Assembly (NCBI GenBank): GCA_041690355.1
Contig: JAWLHK010000012.1
Span: 62,001-120,151, forward strand
DNA: 58,151 nucleotides
Direction of reading: 5' to 3'
Source of the DNA: a bacterium
GTDB lineage: Bacteria; J088; JAWLBW01
This document shows positions 1-8,967 of this stretch, piece by piece; the first letter of the stretch is position 1; the number at the start of each line of letters is the position of its first letter. The notes below the pieces were generated by a model that did not search any database, was not told where the DNA came from, and saw nothing but the letters and a program-made list of their open reading frames with translations. The position numbers and the translations under genes are program-made.

Positions 1-495
1 AACTCGCGCTACCTGCAGCAGCAGCTCGAGATGGAGATCCAGCGGTCGCGGCGCTACCACCTCTGCTTTTCGTTGATCTTCTTCGACCTCGATCACTTCA
101 AGCTCGTCAACGATAATCACGGCCACCTGATCGGCAGCCAGGTGCTGCATGAGACGGCGCAGATCGTGCGCCAGTGCCTGCGCGACGTCGACATCCCCAC
201 GCGCTACGGCGGCGACGAGTTCGTGCTGCTGCTCCCCGAAACCGATCGGGAGGATGCGCTCATCGTCACCCGGCGCATCCGCGACGCCATCCGCGCGCAC
301 CGCTACGCCGCGAACGAAGGGCTCGACATCCGCCTCACGGCCAGCTTCGGCATCGCCACCTATCCCTATGACGCCGAGAACAAGGTCGACATCGTGCGCA
401 TGGCCGATAACGCGATGTACTATGTGAAGGAAACTTCTCGCGACGACATCGCCACGGCCGCCGAGATCGCCGCGCGCAACAAGAGCGCGGTCTGA
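1..495 (+). CDS. Diguanylate cyclase (GGDEF domain), 5'-partial
   Basis: Frame is open from base 1 (NSRYLQQQLEME...). Has DLDHFKLVNDNHGH, an RxxD I-site (RDVD) and intact RYGGDEF. Confidence 0.93.
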   Translation, partial: NSRYLQQQLEMEIQRSRRYHLCFSLIFFDLDHFKLVNDNHGHLIGSQVLHETAQIVRQCLRDVDIPTRYGGDEFVLLLPETDREDALIVTRRIRDAIRAHRYAANEGLDIRLTASFGIATYPYDAENKVDIVRMADNAMYYVKETSRDDIATAAEIAARNKSAV

Positions 496-511
496 ACGCG
501 GAGACGGGCGG

Positions 512-1105
512 ATGCTGACGGCCCGCCAACGCGACATTCTGGCGTATATCGAGGCCTACGTCGCCGAGCAGGGGATCGCCCCGACCCTCGAAGAAATTGC
601 CGCGCACTTTTCGCTGCGTTCGGTCGCCACCGTGCACAAGCACATCGGCAACCTCGTCGCCCGCGGCCACCTTCGGCGCGGGACGGGAAGCCGCTCGCTG
701 GAACTGGTGCGCACCGTGCTCCCCTACGCCGAGGCGCCCCTGCGGGGCATCCTGCGGGCGGGCGCGCCGCTGGGGGAACCGCCGCACGACGAACGGATCC
801 CCGTCCCTTCGGCCATGGCGCGGGGGAGTGCGCCGCTGTTCTGTGTGCGCGTCGAGGGGGACGGTTTCCGCGAAGAAGGGCTGGCCGCCGGCGACCTGCT
901 GATCTGCACCGAGGCCGTTCCCCCGGCCGACGGCGACCTCGTGCTCGCCCTGCTCCCCGCCGGGCAGGCGGTCTGCGCGCGCTATGCCCTACAGCCCGCG
1001 GGAGGCGCGCTGATGAGCGGCGCCTCAGAGCTCTGGCCCGCCTCACTCTCGCTGCGCGTCCTGGGCGTGGGGGTGGGGGTTGTTCGCGTGCTGCCGCGCG
1101 GATGA
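512..1105 (+). CDS. lexA: LexA-like repressor with degenerate peptidase S24 domain
   Basis: N-terminal LTARQRDIL...PTLEEIAAHFSLRSVATVHKHI wHTH and the AG cleavage site (LRAGAP) are present. The usual GDSM reads GDGF and the usual TVKR reads VCAR. Confidence 0.85.
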   Translation: MLTARQRDILAYIEAYVAEQGIAPTLEEIAAHFSLRSVATVHKHIGNLVARGHLRRGTGSRSLELVRTVLPYAEAPLRGILRAGAPLGEPPHDERIPVPSAMARGSAPLFCVRVEGDGFREEGLAAGDLLICTEAVPPADGDLVLALLPAGQAVCARYALQPAGGALMSGASELWPASLSLRVLGVGVGVVRVLPRG

Positions 1106-1160
1106 ACCGGCTGCTTACCCAGGGGAGCCGGTTCCCGTTTTCCATAATCGACGTCCTGTT

Positions 1161-1360
1161 TCCGTTCGCCCTGAGGAGCCGGCATCATTTCGACAGCGCA
1201 GCCTGGGTGAACGAAACACCTGCCAGAACCTTTTTCGGCGTCTCGAAGGGCCAGCGAGCCGTGCACATAATTTTCAAAGAACTGTTTGCACTGGCGCACG
1301 AGTTCTCGAATACGCTTCCTCTTGACATTCTGGCCCTTCGACAAGCTCAGGGCGAACGGA
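1161..1360. repeat. Nested palindromic REP-like intergenic element
   Basis: Perfect IR TCCGTTCGCCCTGAG (1161-1175 / 1346-1360) and inner IR TCGAAGGGCCAG (1243-1254 / 1330-1341), between convergent genes. Confidence 0.8.
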
Positions 1361-1361
1361 T

Positions 1362-2819
1362 TTAGTCCACCTGTGAGGAAGAGGGTTCTTCGAGCGACGC
1401 GCGGACGGCCGCGCGCAGCGGCTTGCCGATGGCATTGTGGGGAATCTCAGGGCGGCGCACGTACCGCCGCGGGCGCTTCGCTGGGGAGAGGAGTTCGCGC
1501 ACATGGCGATCCAGATCCTCATCCCGCACATCCGGTTCCGCGACGAGCACGGCGACGACCCGCTCGCCCCACTCCTCGTCGGGCTCGCCCACGACGCATG
1601 CTTCGTGCACGCCCGGAACCCCGGCGAGCACCGCTTCGACCTCGGCGGGATAGACGTTGACGCCGCCGGAGAGGATCAGATCCGTGCGGCGATCGGACAG
1701 GTACACGTAGCCATCTGCGTCCGCATAGCCGATGTCGCCGACGGTGAGAAAGCCGTCGCGCCATTGCGCCGCGGACGCATCGACGCCCAGGTAGCCGCGC
1801 ATGAGCATGCCGCTCCGCACGTAAATCAGGCCCGATTCGCCGACAGGTAACTCATCTCCTTCGTCGTCGAGAATGCGCACCTCGACGCCGGCCGGCGGCC
1901 TGCCCACGCTTCCCGGACGTGCAAGGTGGCCGTCGGGGGGCATGACCGCCATCGTGCCCGTCTCGCTGCTGCCGAGAAATTCCCAGAGCCGCCCCGGGCC
2001 AACGCGCTCCACGATGCGCGCTTTGAGGGCCGCGCCGGCGGGGGCCCCGGCAATCCACCAGGTTTTGATGGACGACGCGTCGCCGCCCGGATCCTCGCGC
2101 AGCAGGCGGTGATAATGGGTCGGCACGAAGAACGCCGTCTGCGCGCGCCCGTCGCGCACGTGCGCCCAGACGGCGGTCGCAGAGAAGCGTGGCTCGAGCA
2201 CCGTGGGGGAACCGAGGGCCATGTGCGTCCGCTGAAAGATCGTGGGGCCGCTGTGATAGAGCGGCGCGGCGACCAGGTGCGATTGTTCCGCCCGCAGCGA
2301 AAAGGTCTTCACCATCGAGGCCATGCGCGCCGCGTCGGCGGCCACCGGGCGCTCGCACGCCTTGGGGAGCCCCGTGGTGCCCGACGTGAACAGCAGCGTG
2401 CGCGCACGCTCGCGTAGCGCTGGGTCGAGGTCCGTCGTGTCCGGCGGAAGGTTTTCCCAGGCGTCCCACGCGAGCGCGCGGACCCCCTCGGGAACCGTCA
2501 TGTCGGGCGCGGCGAGCAGGAGGCTCGCGCCGGTCAGGGTCATCAGATGCCGTAACTCGGGCGCGGCCGCCTGCGGGCTCACGGCGCCGTAACCGAGGCC
2601 GCTGCGGTAGATCGCCTCGCGCAGAACGATCAGATGCGCATCGTTCCACCCCTGCAGCAGCACGGTCGCGCCGGCGGGCACGGTCTCCTCGAGGAAGCGC
2701 GAGGCGCGCCGCACGGCGTCTTCGAGCTGCGCCCACGTCCACGCGGCTTGCGGCGTGCGCAGGGCGATCGCCTGCGGGCGCTGCTGCGACCAGTGCGCGA
2801 TTGGGTCTTGGGGGAGCAT
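1362..2819 (-). CDS. AMP-binding acyl-CoA synthetase / adenylate-forming enzyme
   Basis: FTSGTTGLPK, GSSE, GD, DRRTDLILSGGVNVYPAEVE and C-terminal GK motifs. Confidence 0.92.
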   Translation of the reverse strand: MLPQDPIAHWSQQRPQAIALRTPQAAWTWAQLEDAVRRASRFLEETVPAGATVLLQGWNDAHLIVLREAIYRSGLGYGAVSPQAAAPELRHLMTLTGASLLLAAPDMTVPEGVRALAWDAWENLPPDTTDLDPALRERARTLLFTSGTTGLPKACERPVAADAARMASMVKTFSLRAEQSHLVAAPLYHSGPTIFQRTHMALGSPTVLEPRFSATAVWAHVRDGRAQTAFFVPTHYHRLLREDPGGDASSIKTWWIAGAPAGAALKARIVERVGPGRLWEFLGSSETGTMAVMPPDGHLARPGSVGRPPAGVEVRILDDEGDELPVGESGLIYVRSGMLMRGYLGVDASAAQWRDGFLTVGDIGYADADGYVYLSDRRTDLILSGGVNVYPAEVEAVLAGVPGVHEACVVGEPDEEWGERVVAVLVAEPDVRDEDLDRHVRELLSPAKRPRRYVRRPEIPHNAIGKPLRAAVRASLEEPSSSQVD

Positions 2820-2840
2820 GTCGTTACATGGTACCAAGCG

Positions 2841-2947
2841 ATTCCTGATTCCTGATTCTTAATTCCTGAGCCGGAAAGTACCGAGGGAAAACCTGGTCGG
2901 GCTTGTGGTTCTTGTTGGTCAAGAATCAGGAATCAGGTATCAGGAAT
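2841..2947. repeat. Inverted pair of GAATCAG heptamer arrays with inner RMAAGDRC motifs
   Basis: (TTCCTGA)n at 2841-2869, GAAAGTAC at 2874-2881, GTTCTTGT at 2908-2915, (TCAGGAA)n at 2919-2947. Confidence 0.9.
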
Positions 2948-2975
2948 GGGCCGCCGGCCCGGTATACTGATTCGC

Positions 2976-3425
2976 ATGCGCTTCCAAGCGGTATCGGAGT
3001 TCGCCTGCACGCCGGCGGCCCTGTGGGGTTTTCACGAACGCCCCGATGCGCTCGCGCTGCTCACGCCGAAGTGGCCGCCCGTGAAGGTGATTCAGCCGCC
3101 GGCGTCGCTGCACGTGGGCGCCGAGGCGATTCTCGAGCTGCATCCGGTTCCCGGCGTGCGCATCCGTTGGCATGCGCGACATACGGAGTACGATCCGCCG
3201 CACCGCTTCGTCGACGTGCAGCTTTCCGGTCCGTTCGCGAGCTGGCGCCACGAACACCGCATCGAACCGGCTCCCGGCGGCGCCCGCCTGATCGACACCG
3301 TGGAGTACGAGCCGCCCCTCGGGGTCCTGGGGAAGCTCGCGAACCCGCTGTTCATCCGGCCGCAGTTGAAGGCCATGTTCCGCTACCGCCATGCGGTGAC
3401 GCGGAGGCACGTGGAGCAGGCGTAG
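2976..3425 (+). CDS. SRPBCC/START-like family protein
   Basis: FHERPDALALLTP...FVDVQLSGPFASWRHEH...DTVEY...MFRYRH pattern. Confidence 0.85.
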   Translation: MRFQAVSEFACTPAALWGFHERPDALALLTPKWPPVKVIQPPASLHVGAEAILELHPVPGVRIRWHARHTEYDPPHRFVDVQLSGPFASWRHEHRIEPAPGGARLIDTVEYEPPLGVLGKLANPLFIRPQLKAMFRYRHAVTRRHVEQA

Positions 3426-3426
3426 A

Positions 3427-3459
3427 CTGAATTCCTGATTCCTGATTCTTGATTCCTGA
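3427..3459. repeat. CTGATTC heptamer array
   Basis: ctgaattcctgattcctgattcttgattcctga immediately after the SRPBCC stop. Confidence 0.9.
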
Positions 3460-3490
3460 GCAGTCTGTCCGGAATAGTTACAGCGCGTAA

Positions 3491-3580
3491 CCGTTCGGCC
3501 TGAGGAGCCGGGCCTTGGGGAACCGGAATTGAATTCGGCCGCTTCGTCTCGCAAGATCGTCGTCCCGGCGTCTCGAAGCC
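3491..3580. repeat. Second, partial copy of the 1161 REP-like element
   Basis: CCGTTCG(G/C)CCTGAGGAGCCGG-N53/54-CGGCGTCTCGAAG is shared with 1162-1248. Confidence 0.7.
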
Positions 3581-3656
3581 CCGGCACCCCGTGAGCACCG
3601 TGCTCGAGGCGATTGCTCCTGCTACGAGCCCGGCCGCACAAGCACTAAGGGCTTGC

Positions 3657-3830
3657 TCAAATATCCAGGCGCAGGCTTTCCTGTATGTCTTTCATAACTC
3701 CTCGGATATGATGAGTTACCTCAATGATTGTAGATTGCTCTTCTAAATTGATGAGTTGCGTAGCCGACGCTCTCAGAAGGTCCTGAACGGTAAAGCGGTC
3801 ACTTGTATTCGCGGAACACTTCGTTAAAAA
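3657..3830 (-). pseudogene. AT-rich 3' gene remnant with no start codon (57 codons)
   Basis: Open frame FLTKCSANTSDRFTVQDLLRASATQLINLEEQSTIIEVTHHIRGVMKDIQESLRLDI* begins exactly at the heptamer array edge. Base composition is visibly lower in GC than the flanks. Confidence 0.45.
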
Positions 3831-3853
3831 TTAAGAATCAGGAATCAGGAATC
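3831..3853. repeat. GAATCAG heptamer array
   Basis: ttaagaatcaggaatcaggaatc just upstream of tam. Confidence 0.85.
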
Positions 3854-3857
3854 TCAC

Positions 3858-4640
3858 GTGCCCTGGAACCCCTCGCAGTACCAACGCTTCCGCCACGAAC
3901 GCCGGCAACCGGCGGTCGATCTCATCGCGATGACCCGCGCCGAGCACCGGATGCGCGTGGCCGACCTCGGCTGCGGCCCCGGCGACGTTACGCTGCTGCT
4001 GCACGAGAAGCTGCACGCGCGCGAGACTGTCGGGTTCGACAGCTCGGCCGCCATGCTCGAACGCGCGCGCACCCTGGAGGCGCCGGGCCTGCGCTTCGCC
4101 GCCGCCGACATCGCAGATCTTCCGGAGGAGCACGGTTCTTTCGATCTGATTTTCTCCAACGCAGCGCTCCACTGGATCCCCGATCACCCTGCCCTACTTA
4201 GGCGACTCGCGAGTCGCCTCGCCCCCGGCGGACAGCTCGCCGTGCAGGTGCCCGCCAACGTGCACCGGCCCTCGCACACGGTCGCCGACGAGGTCGCCGC
4301 AGAGGAACCGTTCGCGTCTGCACTCGGCGGCTACCGCCATCCGCGCCATGTGCTGGAACCGGAAGCCTATGCGGAACTCCTGCACGAGCTCGGCTTCGCG
4401 GCGCAGCGGGTCGAGATGCGCATCTACGGCCACACGCTGGCGCACAGCGCCGACGTGGTGGAGTGGGTCAAGGGGTCGCTGCTCACGGATTACGAGGCGA
4501 AGCTGGAACCTGTGCTCTACGAGAAGTTCGTGGCCCGCTACCGCGCGCGGCTGCTGGAGCGGATCGGAGAGAGCGCGCCGTATTTCTTCACGTATCGGCG
4601 GCTGCTGCTCTGGGCGGCGCGCGCAAGCGCCGAGCGCTAA
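3858..4640 (+). CDS. tam: Trans-aconitate 2-methyltransferase-like SAM methyltransferase
   Basis: WNPSQYQRF...DLGCGPG...FSNAALHW...LAVQVPAN. Confidence 0.85.
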   Translation: MPWNPSQYQRFRHERRQPAVDLIAMTRAEHRMRVADLGCGPGDVTLLLHEKLHARETVGFDSSAAMLERARTLEAPGLRFAAADIADLPEEHGSFDLIFSNAALHWIPDHPALLRRLASRLAPGGQLAVQVPANVHRPSHTVADEVAAEEPFASALGGYRHPRHVLEPEAYAELLHELGFAAQRVEMRIYGHTLAHSADVVEWVKGSLLTDYEAKLEPVLYEKFVARYRARLLERIGESAPYFFTYRRLLLWAARASAER

Positions 4641-4816
4641 GCGCCAAGCGCCGATTCAACAAGGACAGGGCCCAGCGCCGAGCGCTAAGCGCCAAGCGCC
4701 AAGCGCCGATTCAGCAAGGACGCACAGGAGCATGTAAGGAAGGTCGGCATCATCGCCCGGTCGGAGCGTCGATAGCCCTTTCCGGCTCAGCGCTCAGTGC
4801 TTGGCGCTTGGCGCTC
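4626..4816. repeat. AGCGCYA heptamer arrays (tandem-duplicated left arm, inverted right arm)
   Basis: Arrays at 4626-4653, 4674-4708 and, inverted, 4787-4816. Motifs ACAAGGAC 4659-4666, GCAAGGAC 4714-4721, GCCCTTTC 4775-4782. Confidence 0.9.
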
Positions 4817-4826
4817 GAGCTTCGAC

Positions 4827-7049
4827 TCAGTCGACTAGTTCAAGCGGTACGTAGCGCGCCATGATCTTCTTGACCCCCGAGGGGAACTTCACGGTGAGCT
4901 TCGGGTTGTCGGGGGTGCCTTCGGCGTAGACAACGAGCCCCGTGCCGAAGGTCGGATGGCTCACCTTCGAGCCCTGCTTGAACTTGCCGACCGTCTTCTC
5001 GGTCTGCTGGAGCACCGGTTGCACCACGGAACGCACGCTCTGCGACGGCCGGCTCGGGGCCGCGAATTCCGGATCGTACTCGTAGTCCACATCGCGCCGC
5101 GCTGGCGGCCGCTCGAGCCACGCCGGCTTCGCCGGCTGGATATGTTCGACGAGCTCCTGCGGAATGTCGGCGAGGAACTGGCTGGGGTAGAACATCTCGT
5201 AATCGCCCCAGAGGCGGCGCCGCTTCGAGTGCGAAAGGTAGAGCCGCTTCTCGGCGCGCGTGATCCCCACGTAGCAGAGGCGTCGCTCTTCTTCCATCTG
5301 CTGCGGATCGCCCTGGCTGCGGCTGTGGGGGAAGATTTTCTCTTCCATGCCGACCAGGAAGACGACCGGATACTCGAGCCCCTTGGCCGAGTGCAGGGTC
5401 ATGAGCGTCAACTTGTCTTCGGACTCCCGCATGTCGTCGAGATCGGAGACGAGGGCCACTTGATCGAGGTACTGCGGCAGGCCGGCTTCGGGATTCCGCT
5501 CTTCGAACTCGCCCATGGACGAGAGCAGGGAACCGAGGTTTTCGAGCCGGCTGCGCGCTTCTTCGGTCGCTTCGGTTTCGAGCGCTTCTGCGTACCCCGT
5601 GCGCTTGAGGAGGAAGGTGGCGAACTCGCGCAGCCCGAGATTCGCCATCTCGGCGCGCGCGTCGTCGAGCACGGTGAGAAACTGGCGGATCTTGTTCGCC
5701 GCCGCGCCGCCGACGATCTTCTCGTCGACGCAGACGCGCGAGGCCGTGATCAGATCCACGTTGCGCTCGCGGGCACAGCCTTCGATCCGCTCGATGCTCG
5801 TCTTGCCGATCCCCTGCGTGAAGTTGCCGAAGACGCGGCGCAGGCTCATGATGTCGCGCTCGTTGACGAGAAAGCGCAGCAGGCTGAGCAGATCCTTGAT
5901 CTCCTTGCGGTCGTAGAACTTCATCCCCCCGATGACCTGGTAGGGAATGCGATTGCGCAGGAGAGCTTCTTCGAAGACGCGCGAGAGCGAGTTCATGCGG
6001 TACATGATCGCCATGTGGCGCAGGGCGTGACCGTGACGCTGCTCTTCGCGCAGCTTGCCGACAACCCAGTTCACCTCGTCGCGATCGTCTTCGGCCGTGT
6101 AGAGCATCAGCCGGTCGCCCGGCGGATTCTCGGTCCACAGCGTCTTCTCGATGCGGTCGCGGTTCTTCTGCACGACGTTCTGCGCGGCCGAGAGAATGTT
6201 CTTCGTCGAGCGGTAGTTCTGCTCGAGCTTGATCGTCACGGCGTGGGGAAAGTCGCGATTGAAGTCGAGGATGTTGCGGATATCCGCCCCGCGCCAGCTG
6301 TAGATGCTCTGGTCTTCATCGCCGACGACGCAGAGGTTGCCGTGCTTGCCGGCCAGCATCTTCACGATGAGGTACTGGATGCGGTTCGTGTCCTGGTACT
6401 CATCCACGAGCAGATAGCGCAGGCGCTCCTGGTACATCTGGAGCACGTCGGGCGCCTCGCGGAACAGGCGCAGCGTGTAGAGCAGCAGGTCGCCGAAGTC
6501 GAGGGCGTTGCAGCGCGCGAGCTCTTCCTGATAGAGACGGTAGACCTCGCTCGCCTTCTCGTGGAACATGCTGAGCGTGCGTCCGGCGACGTCTTCGGGG
6601 AAAAGTCCGTCGTTCTTGGCCTTGTCGATGAGCGAGGCGACGGCACGCGGCTGATACCGGTCGGTATCGAGGTCGAGGTTCGTGATGACCGTCTTGAGCA
6701 GGTCGAGCTGCTCCTTGTCGTCGTAGATGACGAAGTTCGGGTCGCGGCCGATGGCGTGGATGTGGCTGCGCAGGATCTTCACGCAGGCCGAGTGGAACGT
6801 GCTGACCCAGAGCCCCTCGCCACCGCTGCCGAGCAGGTTGTGCACGCGTTCGCGCATCTCGCCAGCGGCCTTGTTTGTGAACGTCACGGCCAGAATTTCG
6901 GAGGGATGGGCCAGACGTTCGTGCACGATGTGGGCGATGCGGTGGGTGAGCACCCGGGTCTTGCCCGAGCCGGCGCCGGCCAGGAGCAGCACCGGCCCGT
7001 CGGTCGCGAGAACGGCTTCGCGCTGGCGGGGATTGAGTCGTGAAAGCAT
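4827..7049 (-). CDS. pcrA: ATP-dependent DNA helicase UvrD/PcrA
   Basis: AGAGSGKT, VDEYQDTN, VGDEDQSIY, QNYRST, TLHSAKGLE, EEERRLCYVGITRA and a Tudor-like C-terminus. Confidence 0.97.
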   Translation of the reverse strand: MLSRLNPRQREAVLATDGPVLLLAGAGSGKTRVLTHRIAHIVHERLAHPSEILAVTFTNKAAGEMRERVHNLLGSGGEGLWVSTFHSACVKILRSHIHAIGRDPNFVIYDDKEQLDLLKTVITNLDLDTDRYQPRAVASLIDKAKNDGLFPEDVAGRTLSMFHEKASEVYRLYQEELARCNALDFGDLLLYTLRLFREAPDVLQMYQERLRYLLVDEYQDTNRIQYLIVKMLAGKHGNLCVVGDEDQSIYSWRGADIRNILDFNRDFPHAVTIKLEQNYRSTKNILSAAQNVVQKNRDRIEKTLWTENPPGDRLMLYTAEDDRDEVNWVVGKLREEQRHGHALRHMAIMYRMNSLSRVFEEALLRNRIPYQVIGGMKFYDRKEIKDLLSLLRFLVNERDIMSLRRVFGNFTQGIGKTSIERIEGCARERNVDLITASRVCVDEKIVGGAAANKIRQFLTVLDDARAEMANLGLREFATFLLKRTGYAEALETEATEEARSRLENLGSLLSSMGEFEERNPEAGLPQYLDQVALVSDLDDMRESEDKLTLMTLHSAKGLEYPVVFLVGMEEKIFPHSRSQGDPQQMEEERRLCYVGITRAEKRLYLSHSKRRRLWGDYEMFYPSQFLADIPQELVEHIQPAKPAWLERPPARRDVDYEYDPEFAAPSRPSQSVRSVVQPVLQQTEKTVGKFKQGSKVSHPTFGTGLVVYAEGTPDNPKLTVKFPSGVKKIMARYVPLELVD

Positions 7050-7149
7050 GTCGGAGCCTAAACGTTTCAGTCTATCAGACCGGGTTGAGACGATGCGAAC
7101 GCATGGTTCGAGGTGATTGCGGCGGGCACGCGGGTGCTAAACTGACTAA

Positions 7150-8067
7150 ATGGCAAATTTGAGCGAATCAGATCCTCTGTTCCTGACGACGGGCGAAGTG
7201 GCCGAAATGCTGGATGCGCATCCGTCGAGCGTGAAGCGCTGGAGCGGGCGGCAGGAGCTGGCCTATGTGACGACGGCGGGCGGGCATCGCCGGTTCACCG
7301 TCGATGCCGTTCGGACGTTCAGCGAAGCCTCCGGGGTTCCGTTCGCGTTCGCCGTGCTGGAAGAGGATCTGGAGCCGTATCTGAAGGCGCTTCGCGCCCC
7401 CGCCTCGGGGCTCGACGCGCAGGTGCACGACCTGCTCTTCGGCTGGCTGTCGGCCGGCATGACCGGTCGGCTCGAATGGTCGCTTTCGCATCTGCACCGC
7501 ACGCGCTACACGCTCGGCGGGCTGTTCGATCGCATCGTCATGCCGCTGCTCACGCGCATCGGCGGCGCCTGGGAGCACGGCGAGCTCTCGGTCGCGCACG
7601 AGCACTTCATGAGCCAGCAGCTTTTCGAGGGGCTCTACCGGCTGCGGCCTCAGGTCGGCGCGCACGGCGGCACGCGGCCGATCGCGATCTGCGCGGGGGC
7701 CGAAAACACCAACCATGTCTTCGGCCTCATGATGAGCCGGCTGATTCTCGAGCATCTGGGCTGGGCGGTGATCTACCTCGGCGCGGCGGTTCCCAATGAG
7801 GATCTTGGGGCCTTCATCCTCGAGCGCGAGACGCAGATGGTCGTCATCTCGTTCAGTTATCCGCAGTCGGTCAACGACGTGCAGCGCACGTTGCGCACAC
7901 TGGCGACGCTGGCGCAGGTCAAGCGCTTCTCGCTCGCCCTGGGCGGCAAGCCGGCCGAAAAGGCGGTTCTTCCGGCAGCGCTTTCTCACGGCGAGATCTT
8001 CCAGTCGATGGCGGCGTTCGAAACGTGGGCGCTGGCGTCGAAGCTAGGACTGGCGGGGGGCTCCTGA
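7150..8067 (+). CDS. HTH + cobalamin-binding transcriptional regulator (CarH/LitR-like architecture)
   Basis: MerR/excisionase-like HTH (LTTGEVAEML...TAGGHRRF), W...EH motif (GAWEHGELSVAHEH), HxxG...YLGAAVP B12-binding domain. Confidence 0.85.
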   Translation: MANLSESDPLFLTTGEVAEMLDAHPSSVKRWSGRQELAYVTTAGGHRRFTVDAVRTFSEASGVPFAFAVLEEDLEPYLKALRAPASGLDAQVHDLLFGWLSAGMTGRLEWSLSHLHRTRYTLGGLFDRIVMPLLTRIGGAWEHGELSVAHEHFMSQQLFEGLYRLRPQVGAHGGTRPIAICAGAENTNHVFGLMMSRLILEHLGWAVIYLGAAVPNEDLGAFILERETQMVVISFSYPQSVNDVQRTLRTLATLAQVKRFSLALGGKPAEKAVLPAALSHGEIFQSMAAFETWALASKLGLAGGS

Positions 8068-8088
8068 CGGTTTCTCCCCGTTTCCGCC

Positions 8089-8121
8089 GACTGAGGACTG
8101 AAGACTGGAGACTGACGACTG
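8089..8121. repeat. GACTGA(A/G) heptamer array
   Basis: gactgaggactgaagactggagactgacgactg between convergent genes. Confidence 0.85.
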
Positions 8122-8131
8122 CAGGGCCCCG

Positions 8132-8902
8132 TCAGAACCTCGCCGGCCGCTTCTCCCGCACGGATGCAATCCCTTCGAGGATCTCCTCGCCGCCGCCCGC
8201 CTGCGCCGCCGCCTCGTCGTCGAGCGCCGCCTGAAGTTCGCGGAAGATGCGGTTGCGCAGATTCCGCTTGAGGACGCGGGTGGCCACGGGGGCGTTCGCG
8301 GCGATCTCTTCGCACATGGCGAGCGCCTCGGTGAGAACCGATTCAGCGGGCACCGCGCGGTTCACGAGCCCCATGGCCTCGGCTTCGCGGCCGGTGATCA
8401 GCTTGCCCGTGTAGAAGAGTTCGGCCGCGCGCGGATAGCCGATGAGCAGAGGCAGCGTATACGTTCCGCCGAGGCCCGGGTGCAGGCCGATCTTGAGGAA
8501 GTTGACACCCATTTTCGCCGTTTCGCTTGCAATGCGGATGTCGGCGCTCAGCGCCACGAGCAGCCCGGCGCCGACCGCCGCGCCGTTGATGGCGGCGACG
8601 ACGGGCACGTCGAGCTGCAGCAGCGAGAGATAGCGGTTGTAGAACTGGAGCATGTACTCGCGGTTGCGGCTCCACGCGCCGCGCCCGAGCTCTTCGATCA
8701 TCTCGAGGCGTCCGCCGCCGCTGAACGCCTTACCCTTGCCCGTCAGCAGCACGACGCGGGTCTCCGCATGCGCCTTGATTTCGGCGACGGCCGCCTCGAA
8801 CTCGGGGGCCATCTCGGGGCTCATGACGTTGGCTTTGTCGGGTTCGTTCAGCGTGAGCCGCGCGATGCGGCCGAGCTCCAGTTCCACATATTGGTACGGC
8901 AT
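8132..8902 (-). CDS. Enoyl-CoA hydratase/isomerase family protein
   Basis: GKAFSGGG, PVVAAINGAAVGAG, DIRIAS, EAEAMGLVN, REKRPARF. Confidence 0.93.
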   Translation of the reverse strand: MPYQYVELELGRIARLTLNEPDKANVMSPEMAPEFEAAVAEIKAHAETRVVLLTGKGKAFSGGGRLEMIEELGRGAWSRNREYMLQFYNRYLSLLQLDVPVVAAINGAAVGAGLLVALSADIRIASETAKMGVNFLKIGLHPGLGGTYTLPLLIGYPRAAELFYTGKLITGREAEAMGLVNRAVPAESVLTEALAMCEEIAANAPVATRVLKRNLRNRIFRELQAALDDEAAAQAGGGEEILEGIASVREKRPARF

Positions 8903-8967
8903 GGTTCCCCCGAGGCGGAAAAAAAGGAAACATTGTAACAACCGGAGCGCTGCGGCGATAATGTGGC

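Noticed and set aside
982-1365. Small ORFs 982-1344(-) and 1102-1365(+)
   Set aside because: They run through the palindromic repeat and overlap lexA; no protein-like features.
8903-8967. Fluoride riboswitch upstream of crcB
   Set aside because: The spacer is only 65 nt, lacks the GATGG...CTGATG consensus, and has a -10-like hexamer 5 nt before the ATG.
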